Assembly: GCA_951406725.2 (NCBI GenBank)
Contig: OX597832.1
Location: 64,356,001 to 64,420,000, forward strand
DNA: 64,000 nt
DNA from: Octopus vulgaris
Taxonomy: Eukaryota
Direction of reading: 5' to 3'
Shown here piece after piece: positions 1-12,306 of this stretch (its first letter is position 1; every line of letters starts with the position of its first letter). Below the pieces are notes generated by a model that worked only from the letters and a program-made list of their open reading frames with translations, made no database searches and was not told where the DNA came from. A program made the position numbers and the translations under genes.

Positions 1-289
1 TATATGTGTGTGTGTGTGTGTGCATATATATATATATACCTATGTGTGTTTCTAACTATTCGCACATTCACACACATATACCTCTATATACATAATCATT
101 ATACTTGCATAAACACGAACAAACACACACACAATTAAATATATACATAGATATATCATCTTTGATACTCTCACACGCACACACACACACATATATATAT
201 ACAGTTATTTATACATACACACATATAGATACATATTCATATATATATATACACATAAATAAACATGTTGAGATATACCTTACACATCC

Positions 290-325
<36 letters not shown>

Positions 326-673
326 GAGAGTTCTTGCGTATGCACATACACACATTCGCCGCACCTCGCCAAATATATATTCATATATATATATATGTGT
401 GTGTATATATGTATGCATATATGCTGAAGTATGGGCGGTCGATAGGTAAAATCGTTACAGCGTTGGAATGAATGCGTTGCATTATTTGTCCAAGTTCTCT
501 CCTTTTGGAAATCAAATCCAGTTAAACTTCATTTCAGGGACGCTATAAATAAACCGTACTGTATCTCCTGTTTTTCTCATATTCATTTAATGCAGTAGTA
601 CCTCGGTTTACGAACGCCTTTGATCACGAATAAATCGTGTTTAATATATATCTATATCTGTCTGTCTGTCTGC

Positions 674-735
<62 letters not shown>

Positions 736-747
736 TTGTATTTTTGT

Positions 748-799
<52 letters not shown>

Positions 800-831
800 G
801 CACATATATATACATATATATATATATATAT

Positions 832-3800
832 AAATCCTTAAATCCTTAAAAATGTTTTAGCCCGAAGGTCGCGGCCATCCTGGCGCACCACCGCTGAATG
901 AGCTACACTAATATGTGAATCCACCTCTGATACGTGGCACTTGATCAACAAGGGAGTTCGATGCTGCTGCCCGCATCTGCGTCTCCTGTCGTGAGGTAGG
1001 TTCATCTGGGACTCCCGACAAGAAGAGATCCAGTTTAGTTTTAAAGATACCCACATCCACACAATGTAAGTCTCTTAGGCATTTAGGGAGGATGTTAAAG
1101 AGCTGTATTCCTCTGAAACCCAAGCTGTTGCAGTATCTGGTCCTGTATTTTGATGGTGATGTTGGAATCTTTGGCACCGTTCTGCGGTTGGGGTAACTTT
1201 GAATGCCAAAGTTTGGGACAAGACCCTCCAGGATTTTCCAGATGTATATCACCGCATATCTCTCCCGCCTCCGCTCTAGGGAGAAGAGATTTAATACCTT
1301 CAGTCTTTCCCAGTAGCTGATAATTTGCATTGAGACGATCTTCTTTGTGTAGCTTCTCTGAATTGCTTCGAGTTCTGCTGTTAGTTTTATATTGTGTGGT
1401 GACCATAGTTGGAAGCAGTAGTCCAAGCGGCTGAGGACGAATGTTTTCCAGAGGACCATCATTGTCTCCTTCTCTCTTGTTCTGAAAGTTCGGAGAATCC
1501 ATCCAGCTAGCCGTCTGCATTTTATCACCAGATTAGTAATATGCACTTGGAAAGATGCATCATTGCTCATGTCAATGCCTAGGTCACGAACTGATTTGGA
1601 CTCAGGGATTGCAATTCTTCCTGGGCCAGTGTATCCAGTCTGCACGTCAATTACCTTTGTGTGCCGGTAGCGCAGGGCCTGGAACTTACCTGCATTAAAC
1701 TGCATGTTGTTGTCCTCCGCCCACCTGTATATTTTATCCAACTCCTGTTGCAGATACGCAATATTTTCAGGGTTTTGTATTGTGTGGAGACTTTTGTGTC
1801 ATCTGCATAGCTAGCAAGGGTGGCCATCGTAGCAACTGAAGGTATGTCTGAAAGGGCCACTATGAACAGCAATCGCCCCAAGACACTGCCCTGTGGAACA
1901 CCGCTTGTTATTTGTGTTTCCTTGGAGGTGGCTCCATTGCTCACAACTGCCTGCCTTCTGTCTTTTAGGAAGTTGTGCAGCCACTCTCCAAGTTTTCCGC
2001 CTGTGCCGAGACCACGCAGTTTTTGACAGATCATACCATGGTCGACTTTATCAAAGGCTTTTGCAAAGTCGAGATATATTACATCCACATTTGAGCCATT
2101 TAGTAACTGTTTTAACACCCAGTCATAGTGTTGCAGGAGCTGTGTTAGGCAGCTTCTACCTGGTCGAAATCTATGCTGGGTGTCAGACAGGAAGTCATTT
2201 TCTTCAAGGAACATGATTAGTTTCTTGCGGACTATTCATTCCATGACTTTGCTGATGTGTGAGGTCAGAGAGATAGGCCTATATTTTTTAGCATCTGCTC
2301 TGCTACCTCCCTTATGGATAGGGCATATTACCCCCTCTTTCAATTTGACTGGGAGCTTACCACTTGCAAGGAAGCTCTGAAAAAGAAGCTGTAGCGGTTT
2401 TGCAAGGGCTCGTTTGCACGATTTGAGAAGGATCGCTGGAAACTCATCAGGTCCAGCAGCTGAGTTTGTGTCAATCTCATCTATGGCTAGTGTGATATCA
2501 TCATCTTCAATGTTTATGTACTCAAATTTTGCCTCTTTGGCCGCAGGTAAAGTGGCAAAGAATTCTTCTGGGTTGTTTACTTGCCTGTGTCCCAGAGGTG
2601 TAGTGAACACACTTTGGAATTATTCGTTCAGTATTTCACTTATCCTGTCTCTTTGGCAAACTTAAAGAAAGCTTTAGGGTTTGATTTTATATTTTCTATT
2701 GCCCAAACTTCTTTATCTGCTCTCTCCTTTTCATGGGATTGATGCAGACTTTTCTCAATTTCCATTAGCATTCTCTCGAGCCGAGACTTCTCACCACTTT
2801 TGGTGTGCTTGCTCAGGCGGTTCGCAATCCTTTTCCGTCATCTCATAAGAATCCTCCTTTCTCTAGGGATCCTGTTTTTGTTTTTGTGTGTGCTGGCCCT
2901 GTACACTGGGAAATATTTGTCACATATGGCTTGTATTATGGACATGAAGTGTTTGTGTTTCATGTTAATGTCCGGTGTGGAGAGACATTTAGGCCAATCC
3001 TGTTTGAGGATCTCTTTCTCAATCAACTTCCAGTTTGCTTTATGAAAGTTTAAGTTGGAGAGATGATGGATGCTTTGTATAGGCTGTGTGTCTCTTGGTC
3101 CATACATAGACAGCTCTATCATGTTGTGATCCGAAATCATCGTCGGCATCACTTTAACATTATGGATAATATCCATATTGTTTGTGAAGCAGAGATCCAG
3201 TATATTATCTGCCCTTGCTGGTTGCAGAACTATTTGCGCCATGAAAGAGGCATTTGTGAGATGGAGAAGGGACTCTGCCTGTGCCTGCTGATGTTGTGTC
3301 ATCCCTGAGAGCATCTGACCCCCAGGTCATTCCACATTGGGGAAGTTAAAGTCACCCATGAAGAATACACCGTTGTGTTGTTCAAGGTTGGTGAGGACTT
3401 CTATTTTTGTTAGGCAGTCTTCAAACATGCCTGGGTGATTTGGGGCATCTGGTGGGCGATATGTAGTGCATATGACGATATTCAGTTGTCTTATGTGTAC
3501 AATGTGAGTGTCACACACTGAGTTTGAACATGACAACATGACCTGGGGCGTGAGGTCATCTCGGATGTACATTGCAACTCCACCATGGCTCCTCCCTTTT
3601 CTATCTGAGCGTATGACTGCATATTGCGGTATGTGCATTTCTCCATCCCCTATATCGGGTCCAAGATGCGTTTCTGTGAGTGCCATGCATATAGCTTGAT
3701 TGTATGTCACAAGGTCTCTCAGGAATGAGATTTTCCTTTTACAGTTGCCGCGCAGCAGCCCTCCTACGTTCAGTAGAAATACTTTTGTGGTGTGTGTGTT

Positions 3801-4318
3801 GGTGTTGGTGTCAGTGGTGGCCATCCTACATCTGTTGGTGGTGGCCTTATGTGGTGGTAGTTCCAGCTTTGTGCTTGTGTCCATGTCAGCTGCTGAACAA
3901 TTTTTTGTGCCATGCACAAAAAAGATTGCTGTTCAGCTGCTGCCCTTCTCACATCTGGGTGAAGCTGGTCATTTGTTGGGTTACCGCGCACCACATCCGC
4001 ATATCGTCTTTCAGTGGTCCGTACGATATTTTTCCTTCATTTATAGTTTTCTTTTTCTTTATCTTTTTGTTCTCCCCGAGGGAGGGGTTTTTGTCTTGTG
4101 TCCGAGCGGTTTTGGTAGGGCCTCTGATGTGCAAAGCGACAGTTCGCACCTTCGACGCCGTACCAGCAGTCCACTTCAGATAGAATTTGCAGATGTTTCT
4201 GCCTTTTCCCTTATAGTTCTTGCTGGGGTTCTTTTGTTTTTTCTGAACAGGGTTTGTTTTAGCTTTAATTTTCTTGTCTTTTACCTCCTGTTTCCAATCA
4301 GTTTTAGGGTGTTTTTCA
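832..4318 (-). mobile_element. CR1-group LINE (CCCH zinc finger, APE endonuclease, RT), frameshifted, inserted in (TA)n
   Basis: Minus ORF pieces: ICKFYL..DCWYGVEGANCRFAH CCCH finger (~4130-4195); APE with LTETHL, GGVAMY, YRPP, GDFN and SDHN (2838-3917); RT with YLDFAKAFDKVDH, GVPQGSVLG and YADD (1651-2610); C-terminus LERRRER..FKTKLD (908-1741). Short 3' UTR ends in tandem (AAGGATTT). Confidence 0.93.
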
Positions 4319-4353
4319 TATATATATATATATGTATGTATATATATATATAT

Positions 4354-4448
<95 letters not shown>

Positions 4449-4451
<3 letters not shown>

Positions 4452-4820
4452 CGGCGCAATGGCCCAGTTGTTAGGGCACCGGACTCGCGGTCATAGGATC
4501 GCGGTTTCGATTCCCAGACCGGGCGTTGTGAGTGTTTATTGAGCGAAAACACCTAAAAGCTCTACGAGGCTCCGGCGGGGGATGGTGGTGATCCCAGCTG
4601 TACTCTTTCACCACAACTTTCTCTCTTCCTGTTTCTGTTGTACCTGTATTTCAAGGGGCCGGCCTTGTCACTCTCTGTGTCACGCTGAATATCCCCGAGA
4701 ACTACGTTAAGGGTGCACGTGTCTGTGGAGTGCTCAGCCACTTACACGTTAATTTCACGAGCAGGCCGTTGATTCGGATCAGCCGGAACCCTCATCGTCG
4801 TAACCGACGGAGTGCTTCCA
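4449..4820 (+). mobile_element. tRNA SINE: head X + tail P
   Basis: A box tggcccagttgtt, B box ggtttcgattccc. The first ~180 bp is shared with 55697-55996; the rest (gttgtacctgta...ccgacggagtgc) is shared with 56648-56970. Confidence 0.85.
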
Positions 4821-4823
4821 TAT

Positions 4824-4875
<52 letters not shown>

Positions 4876-4900
4876 TATGCTATATATATATATATATTAT

Positions 4901-5072
4901 AGGCGTAGGAGTGGCTGTGTGGTAAGTAGCTTGCTAACCAACCACATGGTCCCGGGTTCAGTCCCACTGCGTGGCATCTTGGGCAAGTGTCTTCTGCTAT
5001 AGCCCCGGGCCGACCAATGCCTTGTGAGTGGATTTGGTAGACGGAAAATGAAAGAAGCCTGTCGTATATATG

Positions 5073-5105
<33 letters not shown>

Positions 5106-5318
5106 GTTTGTGTGTCTGTGTTTGTCCCCCTAGCATTGCTTCACAACCGATGCTGGTGTGTTTACGTCCACATCACTTAGCGGTTCGGCAAAAGAGACCG
5201 ATAGAATAAGTACTGGGCTTACAAAGAATAAGTTCCGGGATCGATTTGCTCGACTAAAGGCGGTGCTCCAGCATGGCCGCAGTCAATTGACTGAAACAAG
5301 TAAAAGAGAGTAAAGAGA
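4901..5318 (+). mobile_element. tRNA-derived SINE family A (head, CORE-like block, internal (TA)/(TG) microsatellite, LINE-derived tail), full copy
   Basis: A box tggctgtgtgg, B box ggttcagtcc, CORE-like cttgggcaagtgtctt, tail ggcggtgctccagcatggccgc...gaaacaagtaaaagag. About 11 copies in the window. Confidence 0.88.
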
Positions 5319-5949
5319 ATATATATATATGTATGTATGTATATATATATACTGGAATGTTACTCGTCACATGACGCTTAACTTTCTAAGAATATTGCTG
5401 CTACTATGGGTAATATCAGAAAAGTATATGCGATAATTATGTTTAAGCACTGATCAAATTAGTTGGAGCTTATACACAATAAAGAAATGAATACAAATGT
5501 TCAAAAGTTATATTTTTATCACCTAAAAAAAAAACTAAACATAGGAAATTTCTCATTTGAATATTTGTAATAAATGTTTTTTTCCTAAATTTTATCGACA
5601 TAAGTGTTATCTATTCACCTTCCACGAAAACCAGGCTTTGCAAAATTTCATGAAAAATGTGTATTTTTCAGAAATTTGTAAGACACTACTCACTTTCCGT
5701 TATAAGGGGTGAAGTGAACCAACCTACTCACAGTTACACCAGATATTTCATAAATATTTTGAGGTGCAGCACACAAATATATACATATATACATTCACAC
5801 GTACCTACACACACACACAAACATATTGATATAGTTCATGTATTTTGTGCAATCAATGGAGAGTATATTGCATAAGTTCTAAGGTGAAATGCAGTCGAAT
5901 TTGAACATACAACTCATAATGAACGATGCATACATACATACACATATAC

Positions 5950-5991
<42 letters not shown>

Positions 5992-6556
5992 CGTGATCAC
6001 GTGACCGACCAGACCATCAGATGTTGTTACACATCGCTGGTCACAATGAAAGGATATAATAAATATCCTGTAAACAGATGTAAGACCTATCTATAAATGT
6101 TCTAAAATCGACACACTCTTGGTTTCTTATCTCATTACGAAATTAAATTCATAAACATATATATATATATGCATATGTTTCTCACCCGTTCTTGCGCCGG
6201 GTTTTACGTTTGTGGCTATTTGTGTGCGGGATCAGCTAGTTAATGGCTTTAATCTACATAAAAAGGAAAATCAGATGAACAGTAAATAACTGTCTGTGTT
6301 GCTAGTTAAATAAATATAATGCTGATTAAAGTATATCAGAAATGATATCATTTAACCAGGGTAGTTTCCAGATCGTTACTCATCTAGAGATGAAAATTCC
6401 AAGAGTTTCAGATTATATAATGATCAGGTAAAAGGGTTAATGAGCAAAGAGAGTGCCTATGTTTGTTTAAATTTTGTATAAATGTGAATTTCCAGGACTT
6501 AAACTGGAATTCATGAAATGGTGTCACTTTGTGAAAAATTCGGACCTGGTATAGAG

Positions 6557-6643
<87 letters not shown>

Positions 6644-6648
<5 letters not shown>

Positions 6649-7110
6649 GATGGGCTACAGCAAATATTCTGCTCAATACCACAGATTTGCTTGTCAGTTG
6701 TTTGACCTTAACCAGTTGAGCATGTCCCTTAGTGGCTGACGATATGTGCATCTCTGATCACGAGCAGAAGTAGTGGGGGAGCATCATGGCCATGTGTTGA
6801 GAGGGATTCTTTGGAGTTTGAATGGTTCACCTCTGGAAACATAGGTGTTTCGTTCAACATCCTAAAGCAACCCTTATTCAGGGACCGTTTGAGCAGGATG
6901 GGCTACTCAACCTGAAGAAAATTCTAACTGGGCCCCACCTGCAAGGTCATGTGCTGTTTATCTTGATATGAGATCACCATGTCGCGCACATATGGTTGTG
7001 ATGCATGTGCCTGGTGTACCTTTATCAGACGGGTAGTCATGATGGGTATATTGGGCTTCGTATATTTTACCCCAGTGTCACTTTGATGGCATGAACTGCT
7101 CTCTCACTCA
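6644..7110 (+). mobile_element. 3' UTR of a non-LTR retroelement inserted in (TAA)n (Dong/R4-like), copy 1
   Basis: Near-identical to the reverse complement of 36878-37343. Ends ...ctctctcactc(AAT)n, with (TAA)n on both sides. The Dong/R4 call is inferred from target and tail. Confidence 0.7.
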
Positions 7111-7128
7111 ATAATAATAATAATAATA

Positions 7129-7160
<32 letters not shown>

Positions 7161-7512
7161 TGATGATGATGATGATAATAATAATATTAATAAAGTGAGA
7201 GAAGGTTGGTTATGTATTTTGTCATGAACATCTTCAAGAAAGATTGGCCAAACTTTTAACATAATTGTTTTTAAAAAAAGAAGCTCATTTTTTAGGGTTT
7301 GAATTGAATCTGTTTGCACCAAAATAATTTGAATTGAGATGAACAGATTTGGCAAGGGAAGAATTGATTAGTGAAAAAAAGAAACATTTGAATTGATAGC
7401 ATAGGAACGGAATACGTTCGTGCATCAGCTTGGTAAAGCAGCCAATGCTAATACGATAATAGATTGAATGGAAAATGGATTACAAAAATTTGAAGAAAAA
7501 AAAGGTACTTAC

Positions 7513-7602
7513 TTCACTGATCTCTTTGTAATATACCCGTTCTGTAAATCTTGGTGGATTGTCATTTACATTTGTAGCTATAATATTAACTGTTATAGTG
7601 AC
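7513..7602 (-). CDS. Cadherin-family gene, next coding exon (90 nt, phase 0 to phase 0)
   Basis: Acceptor ...cttttttcttctttcag| and donor GAA|gtaagt. Translates VTITVNIIATNVNDNPPRFTERVYYKEISE, containing the cadherin linker xNDNPPxF...Y...ISE. Phase and domain position continue the 45164..45357 exon. Not in the ORF track. Confidence 0.9.
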
Positions 7603-7637
7603 CTGAAAGAAGAAAAAAAGTAAAAAATATTAATAAC

Positions 7638-7855
7638 AGTCCTTTCGGCTGGAGGCATAAGGCATCAAATTTTGGGGGAGAGGGGGTCAGTCGATTATAT
7701 CGATCCAGTGTTTCGCTGGTGTTTATTTCATCGATCCCGAGAGGATGAAAGGCAAAGTCAACCTCAGCGGAATTTAGATTCAGAACGTAGCGACGGACGA
7801 AATACTGCTAAGCATTTCGTTCAGTGCGCTAACGCTTCTGCCAACTCGCCGCCTT
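7638..7855 (-). mobile_element. tRNA-derived SINE family B, ending about 35 bp from the cadherin exon acceptor
   Basis: Minus: aaggcggcgagttggcagaagcgttagc..ctacgttctgaatctaaattccgctgaggttgactttgcctttcatcc..., flanked by (TTA)n. Confidence 0.85.
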
Positions 7856-7856
7856 A

Positions 7857-7857
<1 letters not shown>

Positions 7858-7908
<51 letters not shown>

Positions 7909-7922
7909 TAATAATAATGATG

Positions 7923-7981
<59 letters not shown>

Positions 7982-8002
7982 TATTATTATAATTATAATA
8001 AT
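7858..8002. repeat. (AAT)n microsatellite (others at 16017-16200 and 35670-35798)
   Basis: Direct inspection. Confidence 0.97.
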
Positions 8003-8485
8003 ACAGAAAGAGATGGTTGGTGTGTATTTTGTCATGAACCTCCTCAAGTAAGATTGGCCAAAGCTTAACAGCATAAAAATTGACAAAACTAGCACCAAAG
8101 AAAATTAAATTCGATAAAACCGTAAACAGAAAGCAACAAGAACAAGAACAACAACAACAGTAGCAGCAAAAAGATAATCGTATATAAAGCTATGGAATCT
8201 TTTCGTGGAGACCTGGCAATTTCAAAAATACTAAAACAAAAGTTAAATGTCACGAAGTGACATTTTCTCGTCGTGGCGTATCCATTATAATGGTATAAAT
8301 AATAATAATAATAATAATGATAATAATAATAATAATAATAATGACGGTGAGGATAATATTAATAACAACAACAATAGATAAAATGATAATGATCAATAAT
8401 AATGAATGTAATGAACCAAAAAACTGAAATAGCATCCTTAGGAATTTCTCATATCTTAGACGATATAAACACACACACAAACATA

Positions 8486-8646
<161 letters not shown>

Positions 8647-9039
8647 TATATGCATATAAATATATGTATATATATAAGCTTATATATGTGTGTGTGTGTA
8701 TATATGTGTGTGTGTGTGTGTGCATATATATATATATATATACACACATATGCGCGCGGACATACACAAATGTGTTGATCTGAATGTATATACAATGATT
8801 TTTTTCGAGTTTAGTATGACACGTGTATGATAACCATGGAAAAAATATGAACATGTGATAGTTGGGTGGGCGTAAGAGGAGGAAATCGCTTCGGAGAGAA
8901 CCAATCAGATTTTAATGAAGAGAACTAACACATTCCCATTTCTGTACACTGTACGTTTAAGCTGAATATATATATATATTAACTTATACATATATACATA
9001 TACACATATATATATACATATATATACATATATATGTAT

Positions 9040-9084
<45 letters not shown>

Positions 9085-9086
9085 CA

Positions 9087-9517
9087 CCGTAACGTATATT
9101 TGCCAAGTGTGGCGTCATCCTATACAGGACAGTGCTTCTGATGTTTGTAGCCCCAGAAAGACATCTCCTCCAGCTGGGTAACGACACACATTCATTGTCC
9201 GTTTATATTTGCGAGGGAGATCATCGATCCCATCTTTAGCCTTACATGATAGACACGGTGTCGAGTTTCTAGGTGTTTACCCGTCCTCAGCGTGTGTTAA
9301 TCAGCAGCTAGTGATGGAAGCTCAGTCTACTCGCAAAATACTATATATTTTTCAAGCGACACACTGTCGCTTATCTCGTAGAAGAGAGAAAATGTTATAT
9401 CAAATCTCTGAGCGAGATTTTCTCAGTAGCAGTAGGGTCCCGTAACATATATTTGCCAACTGAGTGTGGTGTCCTATAGAAGTGAGTGCTACTGATGTTT
9501 ACAGCCCCAGGAAGACA
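9087..9517 (-). mobile_element. Retrozyme-like element: 353-bp unit plus partial tandem copy, containing a hammerhead
   Basis: 9087-9163 is repeated at 9440-9517 (ccgtaac.tatatttgccaa...gtgct.ctgatgttt..agccccag.aagaca; period 353). Hammerhead at 9253-9295. No ORF. Confidence 0.6.
9253..9295 (-). ncRNA. Type I hammerhead, degenerate at the cleavage site
   Basis: Minus: acacg CUGAGGA cgggu(aaac)accua GAAA cucgacac cgugu. Perfect 5-bp stem I. Stem III looks like a mutated ACUCGAGU-C palindrome. Confidence 0.6.
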
Positions 9518-9561
9518 GGTTCCCTTCCTGCGGCAGGCGAGGTGGAATCAGGAATCATATA

Positions 9562-9602
9562 TGCGCTGATTTCAGATTTAATCAATCTTCATCAGTGACG
9601 CA
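9562..9602 (-). ncRNA. Hammerhead remnant (stem III deleted)
   Basis: Minus: ugcguca CUGAUGA agauu(gauua)aaucu GAAA uc agcgca. Perfect core and 5-bp stem II, but no complete stem III or NUH site. Confidence 0.4.
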
Positions 9603-9782
9603 TTACCCTGTCGGCAAGGGGTAAAGAGCCAAAGTCATCTTGTCAGCCTTATAGAGAACATTGTAGGAAACATCGACTGATTTTGAAAATGGTGAAGTGA
9701 GAATTATAAAAATGCTTGCACGTGGCTACTAGTTGTTTTGGTTAGTATTACAGGTACTTACTAGCACAATCCGTCACTTATT

Positions 9783-9864
<82 letters not shown>

Positions 9865-9889
9865 GTATATACTTTATTATTATTAAAGT

Positions 9890-10045
9890 TGCAAAACATC
9901 CCCAAAATATCTCCAAAAACTGCTACTCAGAGTTTCACGTTCCTGTTCATCGGACAGTTTGGATTCTCAATCTAAACAATCCGACGAACGTGAGCATGAA
10001 ACTCTGAGTAGCTATTTTTGGTGATATCCATGTCATGTTTTGGCA
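9890..10045. repeat. Fold-back palindrome with a hammerhead-like motif in each arm
   Basis: Arms gctactcagagtttcacgttcctgttcatcgga and tccgacgaacgtgagcatgaaactctgagtagc are reverse complements. The centre is gtttggatt-ctc-aatctaaac. Confidence 0.85.
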
Positions 10046-10229
10046 GTATAAATAATAATGAAGCATATTACTCTACTTCCGATATTCGAGTACTATTTTT
10101 CCTCAACTTGTGCTTACTTGCTTATTTTGGCATATATATATATATACATTATACATACATATGCATATGTATATATATACACACATACATATATACATAT
10201 AAATACATACATTCATATATACATACATG

Positions 10230-10287
<58 letters not shown>

Positions 10288-10552
10288 GGGCTTAGTAAAA
10301 TAAATTACTTTGCCACATACTGAACTTTCTAGAAATAGCAGCCAAAAAAGTTTTTTAGCCATTTCCACTACTTTAAGAAAATTTCTCTCAGATAATGTTG
10401 CTTTTTTCTCGTTTATAATCACCCCACATTATTGTATGGTTAATACCATATAGTTTTCTGGTGCATCTAAGTAAAGTATCGCATTCAAGTGAATTCAATA
10501 GAACTCATTTGAATCTTAATTGCTTTTACTCTATATACTCTCTCTGTATATA

Positions 10553-10602
<50 letters not shown>

Positions 10603-10603
<1 letters not shown>

Positions 10604-10979
10604 TAGCAGTATCGCCCGGCGTTGCTCAGGTTTGTAAGGGAAATAACTATAAAGCATTTTTAGAGAGTTATAGCCAAAAAATAGCAAAAAAATGGAAAAA
10701 AATGATGGTAAATTTTTTTTTTTCGTTAAAAAAGGTGAAGTTGCGTCCCCTAGACAGTTTGTGTTTCTGATTCTGGACCCCATGTCGAATTTATTGATTT
10801 TTTTCAGAACTGGGGGAACTTTTCAAAATTTTCGCTGCGTTAGTTTTGAATTATGACATTGGGCTATGTGTGTGTCAAGTTTCATCAGAATCGGTTGAAA
10901 GCCGTGGTCAGGGTGAAGGTACAAGCAAACAGACACACAGAAACACGCACAGACAAACTGCTGTTTATATATAGAGAGA
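10603..10979 (-). mobile_element. Non-autonomous Helitron, copy 1
   Basis: Minus strand starts TC(TCTCTATA) and ends cctgagcaacgccggg hairpin, cgatactg, CTAG, at an A|T site in (TA)n. Near-identical to 52935-53314. Confidence 0.85.
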
Positions 10980-11190
10980 TATACATATATATATATACAT
11001 ACATGTATTTATATATATATATATACATGCATATATATATATATTTATATATATATATATACACACATATATATACATACATACATATATATACATACAT
11101 ACATATATATATACATACATACATATATATACATATATACAAATATGAACACACGCGTCTATCTATCTACATATCTATCTATTTATTTAT

Positions 11191-11560
11191 TTTACTTGTT
11201 ATAGTTTTTAAACTGTAGCCACGCTGGGGCAACGCACGGAAGAAATTTTACCAATGAAATTGACCCTAGCATTCCTATTCTTTCAAGCATGATACTTATT
11301 GTATGCCGAACCGCTAAGTTACGCCGACGTAAAAACATCAACACCGGTTGTCAAGCGGTGGGAGGGGACAAATACAAATATATATCCACACTTATATATA
11401 CGTGTGTGTGTATAGCATCATTTCTTCAGCATCCAGCTATAAAATCCACTCACAAATCCTGGGTAGGTTCTAGCAGAAGCCACTTGCTCAATATGCTACG
11501 CAATGGGACTGCTTCCAGAACCACATGGCTGGGAGGCAAACATCTTACCACACAACCACG
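11191..11560 (-). mobile_element. SINE family A, diverged copy
   Basis: Reverse-complement similarity to 4901-5318 (gccgaaccgctaagttacg, aaatccactcacaa, accacatgg, cttaccacacaacc). Confidence 0.75.
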
Positions 11561-11751
11561 ATATTATATTATATTATATTATATTATATTATATATATAT
11601 ATATATGGCACAAAAGCTAAGATTTCAGAGAACTTAGAACTTTCCTAAATTCTTCCTTTTTTCCCCAGATGTCTCTCAACGGTTAAAATAGAATTGATAA
11701 TTAATATAGAAAATATATGATAGATAAATCGAATCATCATGAGTTACAAGT

Positions 11752-11815
<64 letters not shown>

Positions 11816-12306
11816 TGTGTGTGTGTTCTTGCGTCTTTAATAAACCCGCCTCCACGTACATGTAACCACATACATGAAAGCGGGAAAAGCCTTCCGTCAA
11901 TCTTTGTCACTTATTTGAAAAGAAAAGTATCAGTTTGGTTTGCGTATACATTCGTAAGCACATGGTTATTTCACTGCTTGCAGACTTCAATTTCTTATTT
12001 AGTTGAAGATTATAAGCATGGTGATACCAGCATATTTCTGAATGTCGATATATGTTGCGTATTATTCAAGAGACAATGAATTATAGTCCATGAATATAAA
12101 ACAATTATCAATATATATATAATCACTATTCGCTACATTGAGTACTGTCGACTTTGAGATATGTATATTTAATAGATCCTCGATTTAGCTATTGTGTACT
12201 TGTCTGAGTGTGTACATATGGTGCATATTTCCTTCCAAATAAATTGAATTAAAATACAGCTATGCCCGAATTTTAGCTTTTTTATTGAATTCATTTAATA
12301 TTTGCT

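Noticed and set aside
4449-4525. tRNA genes at SINE heads (also 4901, 51474, 56648)
   Set aside because: A and B boxes are present but there is no full cloverleaf, and each continues into a multi-copy SINE body.
3700-4542. Plus-strand 280-aa hydrophobic ORF
   Set aside because: Antisense shadow of the LINE running into microsatellite and a SINE head.
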